64,000 bases of DNA from positions 7,802,448-7,866,447 of the forward strand of contig BDGG01000002.1 in the NCBI GenBank assembly GCA_001949185.1, written 5' to 3'. A program made the translations under genes and the position numbers. The notes beneath the pieces are model-generated. The model saw nothing but the letters and a program-made list of their open reading frames with translations. It was not told the DNA's origin and searched no databases. This stretch comes from Ramazzottius varieornatus. Taxonomy: Eukaryota > Animalia > Tardigrada. Positions 53,690-64,000 of the stretch are shown in pieces. Positions within the stretch are counted from its first letter, which is position 1, and the number at the start of each line of letters is the position of its first letter.

Positions 53690-56107
53690 GAAAAATTTGT
53701 TGTTGTCGTTTCTATTCAGCTTGCTGCTTAGTCCGAAAGTTACGAAACGATCGTAGATTCGTAGTCGAATCTGCCATCCACCTACGCTTTGTTCATATCG
53801 TGAGAACAGTATGCACCAAGCTACGACGCTGACGTCTTCACTAAGCTTCGCTCGACGATGGAGCATATCCCACCATTCCTACGTCGAAACCTCATCATCG
53901 TAGGAGATTTCAACTGCCCGAAGATCCAGTGGGAAGGGAAATCGAATGGAAAATCGGCGAGAGACCGTGACCTGATTTCCCTGAAGAAACAATTCAAGCT
54001 CTGGCAGAAAGTAAGTTGGTCGCATTCGCGACCAACTCTTCGTTACCCAGTTTGGTTTCGTCCGAAACACCCATGTCGTTCCCCCACCTTCTTCCACATG
54101 TGACCATCGAGCGATAGAAACCAGGCTACTGCTGTCGACACCAAATTTCAAGCCTACGCCAAAGCCAGTCTGGAAGATCGATGGGGACAAGATCAACTTC
54201 TTCAAGGAGACTCTGTCTTCGATTGACTGGAGATCGATCTTTGATGTAATGTGCAATGTCGACGTTGCTGTTTCAGTCTTTCAGGATAAGTTCGTCGCTG
54301 CTGCTAAGAGTGCTTTTCAGCAAAGGTCTGTCGGAGCCCAACGCCTTCATCGACCGTCCCTCCCCGAAAGGGCTATTGATAGCCTACGAAGATGTGGAAG
54401 TGCCTACAAGCAATGGAGAAGGACAAAGGATCAGGTAGATTTCTTACGTTGGAAGGAGGTTGAAGCCAGCAAGCGGAGGATAATCCAGTCGGAGAAGTAC
54501 CGTCGTCTCTGCAACCTCGTACTCAGCCCGGAAGAAACCCCCGCACAGTCTGGAAGCACATCAAGAAGAACACTAGCAACGCTCCCATCCTCCCGATCCC
54601 CGTTCATGGCGAAGAAGAAAGGTACATTGTCCATCCTCAAGAGAAAGCAGAATTTATCAGCAAAGAATTCGCGCAAGTCTACATTGCCTGTCCACAGCAC
54701 TGCCCACCACCAGCAAATTCTTGTGGCGAGCCGATCCGTATCCAGTCTCCAAAGACACCGCACTGCCCACCACTCCGCATTACCACGCCACTGATCCTTG
54801 AACAACTACGACGATTCGACTCCTCTAAAGCATCCGGCAGCTTCCTTATCACCAATCGCCTACTCAAGATCGCTGGGACGTCCATTCTGTATCCTTTGTC
54901 TCGACTCTTCAACTTGATAGTGAGCTGCAAACAGTATCCAACAGTCTGGAAGCAAGCCGACGTGGTGCCTGTACCGAAGAAGGGATGCTCGCAGTTTCCT
55001 TCGATTTCAGTCCTTCCGCCGCTGTCCAAGCTCTTTGAAAAGATCGTAGCGAACCACTTAACCAACTATTTGAACTCTCATGGCTTACTTTCAGATTCGC
55101 AGTTTGGTTTCCGGAGAAGAAGATCCACCGAGATGCAGCTGCTCCTTATGGCCCACCACTACAGCCAAGCTTTGCTGAGGAGAGAAGAAGTGGATGCAGT
55201 CTTTCTGGATTGCTCAAAAGCCTTCGACAAGCTTCCCCATTCCACCATCGTGGCAAGTCTGTCGAGTCATGGAGTTGAAAGAGAACTCAAAGATCTCCTA
55301 TCCGACTACCTCCCAGGAAGAATTCAAAGAGTAGTGATTGATGGTCATTTCTCCACAGAGCGTGCTGTCCCTTCTGGCGTCTCACAGGGGTCAATTTTCG
55401 GCTCCTGTTTAGCAGTTTAGTGCGATCAGTCGCGGACTATGCTTCTCCTTGCTGGTTCTCCAGCACTAAGAAATTGCAGAGGCAGCTGGAGTCGATACAG
55501 AAGAAATTTCTACAGAGCATCCGTCTGAGCCCAGCCGACAAAGAGGACCAAAGCCACGACCCAGACTTCAGTCGATACCTCCAGCATCTCCGTGAAGTTG
55601 GATGGAAGCCACTGTGGCACCGCCGCTGCGAGAACATTCTGGGGACGGCCTACAAGATATGGAACGGTACCTTCGCAAACGCAGAACAGCTGATGAAGGT
55701 TGTCCAGCCAAGCCCGAATCTACCAACCAGGAGCCACGATAAAGCCATGATGCTGTCCTCAGTCTCGATGGCCCCCTCTTCACGCGCACTTCTCGAGTCC
55801 ACCGTCGGCTCCTTCGCTTACAATGCCGAAGCTCTTCTCAAAGATCCTTTATTTTGTCCTTCATTTGTAGACTTTAACAGTCCTGGGTCTTTCAAAAACT
55901 ATGTCGATAAACTCCATCTTTCTAAATTTATGTGGTGCAAGAAATACATTGACGGAAATCTACTGGTCTAAAGCTTGTTATTTTTAAAATTTTATCCCTT
56001 TTCTCTCGGCGCTCTTGCCATATTTTTCGAATTTTGTTCATACAGCGCAGAGCCTGGCTGTGCATTCGAACAAAATAAAGGTTATTATTATTATTATTAT
56101 TATTATA
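53690..56107 (+). mobile_element. Decayed, 5'-truncated non-LTR retrotransposon (APE endonuclease plus RT; CR1/L2/Jockey-like)
   Basis: LIIVGDFNCP, CDHRAI, WKQADVVPVPKKG, ISVLPPLSKLFEKIV, QFGFRRRRST, FLDCSKAFDKLPH, GVSQGS. Frameshifts are present and the YADD block is missing. AATAAA at 56074 is followed by a (TTA)8 tail at 56082-56105. Confidence 0.92.
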
Positions 56108-57259
56108 CCTCGTACTACACCCCGATCGGTCCAACTTGCTACCACCTAGCTTACCGACGCGGCAAAATTCAGTTTGCTTCTTAATTCTTCATGCCACACA
56201 ACTTTTCATGCTGTTTTGATTGAGCCATATCACATTTCGCTATACCTACAAACAGTTCGAAAAACTTGACTGCAACGACTTCCGGTATGGAAGATGTACC
56301 GCACCGACCGAAATGCATTTTGCAGAAATCCATAATTGAATTTCTAACCCTAGTTGAATTTGGAAAGGCTCACCACTACTTTGCGTAACTGGTGTGAATC
56401 GAGAAAGATATCAAACGCGCTGAACTGACTCGACAAACGAATTAAAATCGTCCAGTTTTTCCATTTTGCTGGGAAGCCTCGTTCAGTAGGAACATTTCTA
56501 AATCTTTTCCAGATCAGCGAATTCGTGATATCAACAGGTTTTCCTGTATCTCAGTCCATGTTCTGATTATTGCCGTTGACTGTATACTGCTAGATGTCAA
56601 CTGAGAACTGTAAAATAATTTTCAAAAACCACCCTGAAATTTGCGAAAGTTGTCGTACTTTTCACTGCGCACCTCCCCTGGCCTAGTTTGGATTCCAACG
56701 TTCCGCAAAGAGATTTCTGGTCAGTATTTTTCCAGGAGTTAGCAATCAGGTCGTTGAATGGAACTACGTTGATGTCAGAGCTAGGCAGTAACCCCATGGA
56801 GATAGGCTTGACATAATGAGTGGTAGCTAGTAGACCCGATCGGGGTGTTATTCGTTTTACGCGTGTTTCTTCTTTTGTCAGGTTTCGGTTTCAGCTGGAA
56901 GTTCGGTTTCTCGATGGAGAAGCGCCCTCTCTCAACCGTAAAAGTTTGAGCGAGAAAACTAGACCATCCTTTAATTTGGTTACCGTCTTCCAGAGCGCTT
57001 TGTAATGTACTATAAGTGTCTTAATCTCAATCCCCGTGGGCGGAAGGGAGCAGTTGTCTGTTGACACGATGAGCAAGTCTAATCTGTATTCAATTTCCAG
57101 GCATCGATTCAAAGGACAACCTTGACACTAAAACGAGAGAAAACCATCCTCTTGGGACACTCCACAGGGACCTCTTCGTCGCGATCAAACTGCCCGCACC
57201 ATTCACCAAGGACCACTTCCGTGTCTTGGTTTAATCCACCGGTAAACTGGAAGAAAATT

Positions 57260-57377
57260 GGGGCATCGGCCAAGGAATTCACCCAGATCGCTTTCCCAAG
57301 TCGCGCACGGTCACAGTGATCAACTGTAGAACTGTGCGCCACCTGAGACGATCTGGGTAAAATCGTTTGCGGACGTC
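57260..57377. repeat. Palindromic element copy 20 (single core)
   Basis: ACCCAGATCG..CCAAGTCGCGCAC-N25-GTGCGCCACCTG..CGATCTGGGT. Confidence 0.85.
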
Positions 57378-58569
57378 GAAATTATTCCCTGTCTCTTCGC
57401 GACACTTTCCGTTGAACAAATTCAGCTGTTTTAACGTCTGGAAAAGTTGCCGCTTTCGTTGCAGTGTGGACCGAGAAGACTCGGAAGAGCCGGTCAAGAA
57501 ATGTTGCAACGAGGAAGGACTGGAGTGAAGAGCATAAAGTAAAATGTTGGATTATGTCGACGAGGTACTACGATTGACTTTTCATTACGAACTTTACTTC
57601 TGGTTGGTCAATAAAAACGAGTGAAGGGTGGTTATTATTGCAGATGTTTTTGCTGCTGTTACGACGGCGGTACATCAATAAAGGTAAGTGGCGCAATTTG
57701 GCGACTTTCTCTTTCGTGTGACCAACGTGAGAGAGGTACTTTGCGTGTAACAAAGCGTGGAAAAACGTGATTAAGTCGCTCAGCATGGGAGAGATTGCTG
57801 CCAGACTCACAGCAAGAAACGCTGATCGCGAGTCGCGGCTTTGTCACTCTCTTCACGCCTTTTACATAAGATGCCCCGTCTACTTTGGCAACTTATGACA
57901 CATTTGTAGCAAGGATGTTTGACCATCATTGTGTGTACGTTGTCTTCTTCTCCTTCGTACAGGCAGTCCCGCCGTTCGCCTTTATGATGAGCCTGTGTCT
58001 TTTTTATAACTGACGATCGATTTCCGGTACGGCCCGGTCTTCCTCCAAGATACATATATGCGCGCTGACGGTAAACCATAACACACATCTACATCTCTCG
58101 TAGAGCTCTTTCTCTTTCATAAGTCTCAGCAACGAACCGTGCCTGCTCAATGTTTCTTTACAGTTAGAGGGTTCGCGCGTCTTATTGAAGTGGTATTATT
58201 TACTCTTTAGCCGCGCAGCTGTACTCGACATGACCACCGCGTGTAAGTTAATGCCCTTCCCGACCTACATTTCTTCCCGTTTTCATCCAGAATAAATAAA
58301 CCTGACGGTGAATTTGTATTGATGAACGGTGGCTGTGAGACCTATAAGATGTGTCGTCCTTGCAGATGTTTATCGCATCTCTAACTGAATTACCACCTTG
58401 CAACATTCCATCGTCGTTCCCGCCCAAATCCACCGGTATGTCTTTGCTATTTTCTTCCGATTATTTCGAAGAGTTAATGTCAAGAATGGTTAATTTGGCC
58501 AGTTTCGTAATGTTTTACATCTACGTGAAATTTTGGTTTTGTGGCGAAAATAGTTACGACGTCGTCGAA

Positions 58570-58678
58570 GGACCTAACTAAGATCGTCATCTCAAGTGGC
58601 GCATTTTTCTGTTATTATTGGCCGGGAGTGCGCGCCACTTGGAAAGACGATCAGGGTGAATGCATTTGCCGAGGTCCC
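58570..58678. repeat. Palindromic element copy 21 (single core)
   Basis: GATCGTC..TCAAGTGGCGCAT-N25-GCGCGCCACTTGG..GACGATC..TTTGCCGAGGTCCC. Confidence 0.87.
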
Positions 58679-59681
58679 AGTTAGGAAGAATTGCAGCTCC
58701 TGCAAAACTTTTCACTAGTATGCTATCTGTCACAGATGCTCTCCGGAAGAGTCAAAATTCGTTATCGAGTTCGTCAGTGAGTTTCGAAAGAAGGTGCGTG
58801 CAGGTGAAAATCTTTACCCATCCAGACGTTTTTGACCTGTAGTAACTCGGCTGCTTTTTTGGCATTGAAGTTTCGAGTGGCTTCCTGCTCAAAGTAACTT
58901 CCGAAGGTGTTTTGAAGAGCAACAAGACTTTACAGTTTGAAGGAAAGTTTGTTTATGCGGTGCTTTTCTCATTTGTAGGCGTGGCAGCCGCATATATCTT
59001 CTAAGGACGATCGAGCGGCGCATTAGGCGGCTGCTCGTGCAAGCGTGTGGTCGAGCCAGCCATCGTCTTGTGTGAGGAGGCAGATTATACCGCCAGTTTA
59101 CACAGGCTACGGCTCTACATTTGATTTCAAAGTCCGATCTGAAGGTAAGGAGAAGAGTGATCAAAGTAGTTTCCGTCGCAGATATGATATTGAGCAATAT
59201 TTGAGCAATTGAATATTCATCGTCGTATCTGCGAGGGATATCGGCAAACGCCGGGAGATCACTTGCTCCTCCTCACTCGCGACAATCCGGCGGTGTATCT
59301 CTGGGCTCCCCTTGTAGAGATTCATCGGCAATTGACTTGTCGACGGGCCGACTATACTATATAATCTTGTGCAAATGCCATTTTCAATCTGCCAATGATC
59401 CCTTCATCAAAGTATACGTTGTGAACGGGGATTATCGTTGACTGGCCTTATCCACATTGAATTTTCGATGTCTTGTTGGATTACCCGAGATTATATTCTG
59501 GGCTTTTTGTGTTTAGAGGAACTGACTGACGGGATTCCGGGGAAGAAGGAAGTGTGGGTTCGGAGGTCCTTAAAAGTCAACCAGCGAGTGCGACAAAGCG
59601 GAGGACCCTGAAGAGCGACGGATGGTTGCGTTACGCGCTCTCATCTCGAGAGCGGCTTTTGTTCCTGACACTGACTTGACA

Positions 59682-62600
59682 ATGTGCGGCACAACGGCCC
59701 TCTTGCTGGCTTTGTCACTTCTTCACACTGGTAAGAGACTCAAAAACACCACGTTTTGATTTCAACCTCGAATATTGAAAGTTACTTCTGGGTTCCACAA
59801 TCTCCTCTACTTCACTGAAAAATCAATAAGAACACTTTCGAGAACCTGCATCAAACAGTTCGCATTTTGCAGTACCAGATGGTAGGCAGGTGTATTATAA
59901 ACTCTGAAACCGTCGATTACGGTGATATTTTGGAATTTGACTGCGGCAGTTTTCGAGAGAAGCCGATTTTAGTCAGGAGTACGGATGTCTCGAATGAATG
60001 ATAAACATTCACACTTGAAAATCGAGACTGGGGAAAAAGGGAGACATTAATGGCTTTTTGATTTTCTGATGACTGAAAGAGATTTCTCGTCACCATGTCG
60101 GCCTATCTTTTCGCTTGTCATCCGATAACAAAGAAGGATAGAAGGGAGTTTCCTGTGATATCATTGAGAAAGATGGATGCTCTAAGTGCTCTTTTGAATG
60201 GGGCGACAAGGCGTGTGTGCCATTAAATCGAGTGCATCAAAATACAGTAAGTCAGGTTCTGAACAGCGCTTCCGCCTTTGAGTCTTTGGCAGTCGCATCT
60301 TTGTCCTCAGTGTTGAAGTTTTAACTGAAGATGCTCCAGTGACTTGTCGACTTGATCTCGGCTACTGATGGCCATTACAACATTTATAGCGTAATGTTTA
60401 TCCGACATGTGCCGACGTTAAAAAATTGATTTGGGTTAATGATTGACCATTAACGTATGCTTCATGGTCTACCACTTCCGTCGTAAAGTGGTCAGACACG
60501 TGCCTTGAGAGACACTTGTCACTATTACGATATTACAAAATCACAAGGAAGCACTTTGATTTGAATTATTTTCAAAATTCATAAGTGTTGACTTATCGTT
60601 GTGGAACCCACCCATTCAAATTTTTCGCTTACAGAAATTAGTAATCGACCTTCTTTCGAAATTTCGCTTTCTGTGATGTAACTTTTAAGTGGAGTCAAAC
60701 CGAACCAAAAGTTGGTAGGAATTACGAAACAGTTTTCATTTTGGGATGAGAAAGAAGGATCGATATTTGTGGACCATATTTCGGCCATTCGGCACCTGTT
60801 TACAAAGCGATTTTCAAATTACTAGTGTTGGATAACCGAATGACCGAGTGAGAGACACTAATCGTCCTCCAGATTAAGTGAATTATTCAGTATCATAAAA
60901 ACACACAGATGGGAATGTGAATAGGACGGAAGTGAGCGTGATAAACGGCGCTTTGTCAAGCGAGGATTACCACGTTTTGTGTGTGCGTATCGTCCGCCGC
61001 ACTATAGGGCGAACCTAGATTCCAAAGCTGTCGAACTTTCTCGAGCATGCATACACCGAATGGACATTTTCTGTCGCACGAGGGTATGCAGCTGCTTGAA
61101 AGGCATATTGGCTTTGTTTCGGAACCTGCATACTCACGCACCGTGGCCACTGCATGGACCACTGTACGCAGGTTCGTGCAAGTGGCCGATTCCGTCTGTC
61201 GAAGGACCGAGCGAGGCGTTGTAGTATCGGCTTTTTCGATATCCCACTTGAGTGACCTAACACCCATGTTTTCTCTTTACAGTGACAGGTCAATGGAACT
61301 TAAATCTGGCTCCTGGTGATTTTTCGGGACCAGTCCGAGTCAACAGAAACAACGACTTTGGCATTTCCGCCGCACCGATATTTTCACTACAGCCTTCGCA
61401 GGCCCCACAAACCAACAGCAATATTAGGCAACTGCAGAATGGGCCGCAGAACAGCAACGTTAACGGTGCAACGGCCAACAGAAGGGTCGAATGGTGGCCA
61501 AATAGTGACACCACAAACAACGACGGAGGCTCGTCGAACTTTTTCCCTTCCGGTGCAGCGAGCCAAGCCTTCACCGGTGGAAACTTCTTCCAACCACAGC
61601 CACAGGTAACCCTAGATGTCGACAGTAACCCCACAAGCATGATAACCGAAAGCATTTAAATATTTTTGGAAAATAGTTTCGATATTTGAGACGCCAGCAA
61701 ATGAATTCGCCCAGATCGTTTTGCCAAGTAACACACGCTTTCGGCTAAAACCAATGAAAACGTGCTCCACTGGGGATGAGTGGCGACCTGGGTTGAGTTA
61801 TAAGTTTTGCCGATGTCCCATTTTTCATCTGAAGACCAAATTCAAAAGTAATCTAAGTTAGAATATAAATATTTTTTTGTGTGGTCTGCCCTGTAGGTTC
61901 AACCGCAGTCGGCGCAAGGAGTATTCAACGCCATCGACACACCGTACTACGGTACACGAATCGGAAATTTGAACACCTATCAGCATTCCGTCGCCGGCGA
62001 AGTTTACGCTATCGATGATGAAACCATACTTGTCAAACGCTTCTCTTATGATGGACAGGTCCCAGGTATGCGAAAGCAAAATCAGCTCGTTAATCACTTC
62101 TCAATAAGACAGAGCAAATAGTGTAATGAAAGAGTAAAGTGTTTGATGAAGAACCCTTTGACTTGATACTGTTATGCAGGAATTTAATGCGCGGCAGAGC
62201 ACAAACTACTGTCATCCTTCCTTTTCCAGTCAGAACTAGATTTTCGTTTTCAAAAAGAATGAGGTTCAAAATCAGCAATATGAAGCAAATTTCGAACAGA
62301 AAGAAGATAAAATCTGAAATTTTGGGCGTGGTTAATATGGGAATTTTGTGAATGAATGGAAGATCACAAAGGTTTGAGGTCGACGGATTTGCATGTTGTC
62401 CGAAGGAAGGTTTTAATGTGATCCAAAGACCAGGAAGAATAACAGAGAGGAAAGCCTTGTTTTTCTTGGTGACTTATCCAATTGAGTAATTGCGTGATCT
62501 CATAATCTCTGCTGGCGATTCGCAACGCTAGTCTGCTTGATGAAATTGCCCTTGCGATGAACAGAAGTGCTTTTTTGCCTAATCAACCGAATATCATCAT

Positions 62601-63703
62601 TTAGATCAACACAATACCAAATCGTTATCCTTCTTACGTCAGATATAACAACTTTGATTGTGTTAGGGACTTGAACGTGAAATTGAAACATCATCAAGAT
62701 TAACCGGAAGAGAGAAGTCGATCGATATTGAAAGATTTGTCGACCTGTCTTTGACACGGTGGCAAAACAAACTCTGGCTTTCTTTGTGAACTAAAAGTGT
62801 GTTTTTATTTTTACAGACGCAAGCTTTTGTGTGGGGAACACGGAGCAAGTTCGGTGTAACCAGTTTCAAGGCGTTTTCCTCAACAACGACAAAGGCCAAC
62901 GAGCTCCACTGACCCGATCAAACGGCCAGGATATCATCCTCAAGCTCAATTCCGGTGGAAACCTTCGAGCTTATCGCTGGCTGGCCCTCACTTCCCCATC
63001 CTCCCAAAATGTACAGATTGCTTCCTTCTTCCATAATTTACAACGACAAAATATTCAGTACAACCAACAGAAAATTTCTGCATGCAAACGTAACCATTCT
63101 ACCCAACGAATGGGAAGGTCAAACGTAAATCATGGTGCCGCTCTGTTGGGCACATGCTAGAGCTACCTCGATCTCTATTATATCCGCCCATATGGTCCGC
63201 ATGAAGAGCCCAAATCGCAATACTTGAAGAGAATCAGTTTATGCGAGGTTTCAAAATGATTGAGGGCGAGGAGCGTTCTTATCTTTCACGCGTTATTTGC
63301 CATTGTGATATGGCTAAATCGCCCAATCATAAAAGTGCGTAAAATACCTATCATAAAGTGCAGTCTATAATGTAACTCGATGATTACAGATCAATATCTC
63401 GAAAAATGGAAACCATAAAAGCGCATATTTGTAAAGGACTGTTATTTCTGTTAATGGCCTATTATAGAGTAATAATTTAGTTGATGGAACGTTAAGCTCT
63501 GACAGGATGAGTCTATTTGCAGGCCAACTTTGGCGATGTGATGTTTCCGCGTGATTTCTCCCCGCCAAAGCAAGTAATGCTGGGTCCGATGATGCCGCCA
63601 TCCTCAGGATATCTGGCCCAGAGTGTCCGTTCCGGCCCGGTGACGGTTATTAATGACAAACAAATACAAATTGGCAACTTGTATTATGATGGAGCGGCTG
63701 CAG
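59682..63703 (+). CDS. Secreted DM13-domain protein (Skeletor/Knickkopf-like), 5' portion; continues beyond the window
   Basis: Exons 59682-59730 (signal), 61282-61605, ~61897-62065 (YYGTRIGNLNTYQHSVAGEVYAIDDETILVKRFSYDGQVP), 62817-63010 and 63523-63703 (NFGDV..VRSGPVTVINDKQIQIGNLYYDG). Confidence 0.88.
61688..61819. repeat. Palindromic element copy 22 (single core), DM13 gene intron
   Basis: CCCAGATCGTTTTGCCAAGTAACACAC-N25-GTGCTCCACTGG..TTTGCCGATGTCCC. Confidence 0.8.
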
Positions 63704-63762
63704 GTATTTCACGAAAATATTCTCTTTATTTCGAAAAGTATTTCCCCTTACTTGAAAATGAT

Positions 63763-63939
63763 CGGCAGCTCGGCAACTATTCTCCCAGGTGGTGCATGCT
63801 CTTAATTTTTCAGCTAAAAAATGCGCCACTTGGAAGCGATCTTACCGAGTTCGCCAGTGGCGCATGTTCTTAGTGCTGATGTCTGGAAGCGTGCGCCACT
63901 AGGAAAGAGGAACTTGCCGAGTACATTTGCCTTGGTCCC
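63763..63939. repeat. Palindromic element copy 23 (two cores, period 68), DM13 gene intron
   Basis: GCTCGGCAA start; cores at 63788 and 63856; ends TTTGCCTTGGTCCC. Confidence 0.85.
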
Positions 63940-64000
63940 GTTTAAGACAATAACGTTAGTGATCATTCTATAGATAAAACAACTCGTAATTTTTTTCGGT

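Noticed and set aside
52560-53690. Coding-like fragments with stops next to the LINE
   Set aside because: Interrupted in all frames and unidentifiable; may be pseudogene debris
57686-57696. Isolated AAGTGGCGCA half-site
   Set aside because: No convincing partner at 25 nt spacing and it overlaps a GTAAGT donor-like signal, so it was not counted as a copy

Overview
This is a gene-dense, intron-containing animal genomic segment with short GT-AG introns (mostly ~55-115 nt). The compact layout and gene set suggest a small ecdysozoan such as a tardigrade; that is inference and unverified. Gene order: 3' part of an OATP/SLCO transporter, an LRR surface protein, a frameshifted class A GPCR, a disrupted SMYD-like gene, POFUT1, HIRA, a 74-aa microprotein, an NPF/bMERB protein, a core histone quartet (H3<->H4, H2B<->H2A, every gene intron-containing), a fungal-type cysteine synthase, an inhibitory Smad, Dymeclin, a secreted mucin-like protein, a divergent SSVS-type R-Smad, DDX55, a decayed LINE, and the 5' part of a DM13/Skeletor-like gene. 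The strongest unexplained signal is a dispersed palindromic element of ~123 bp: 23 copies with 32 core units, plus one degenerate copy. Its consensus is roughly GGGA-CTCGGCAAAC..GATCGTTTTCCAAGTGGCGCAC-N25-GTGCGCCACTTGGAAAACGATC..GTTTGCCGAG-TCCC. It sits almost only in introns, one or two per gene. It keeps a near-invariant 25-nt spacer despite heavy sequence divergence and forms tandem multimers with periods of ~71, 81 and 89 bp. Exon boundaries were read by eye and may be off by a few bases.
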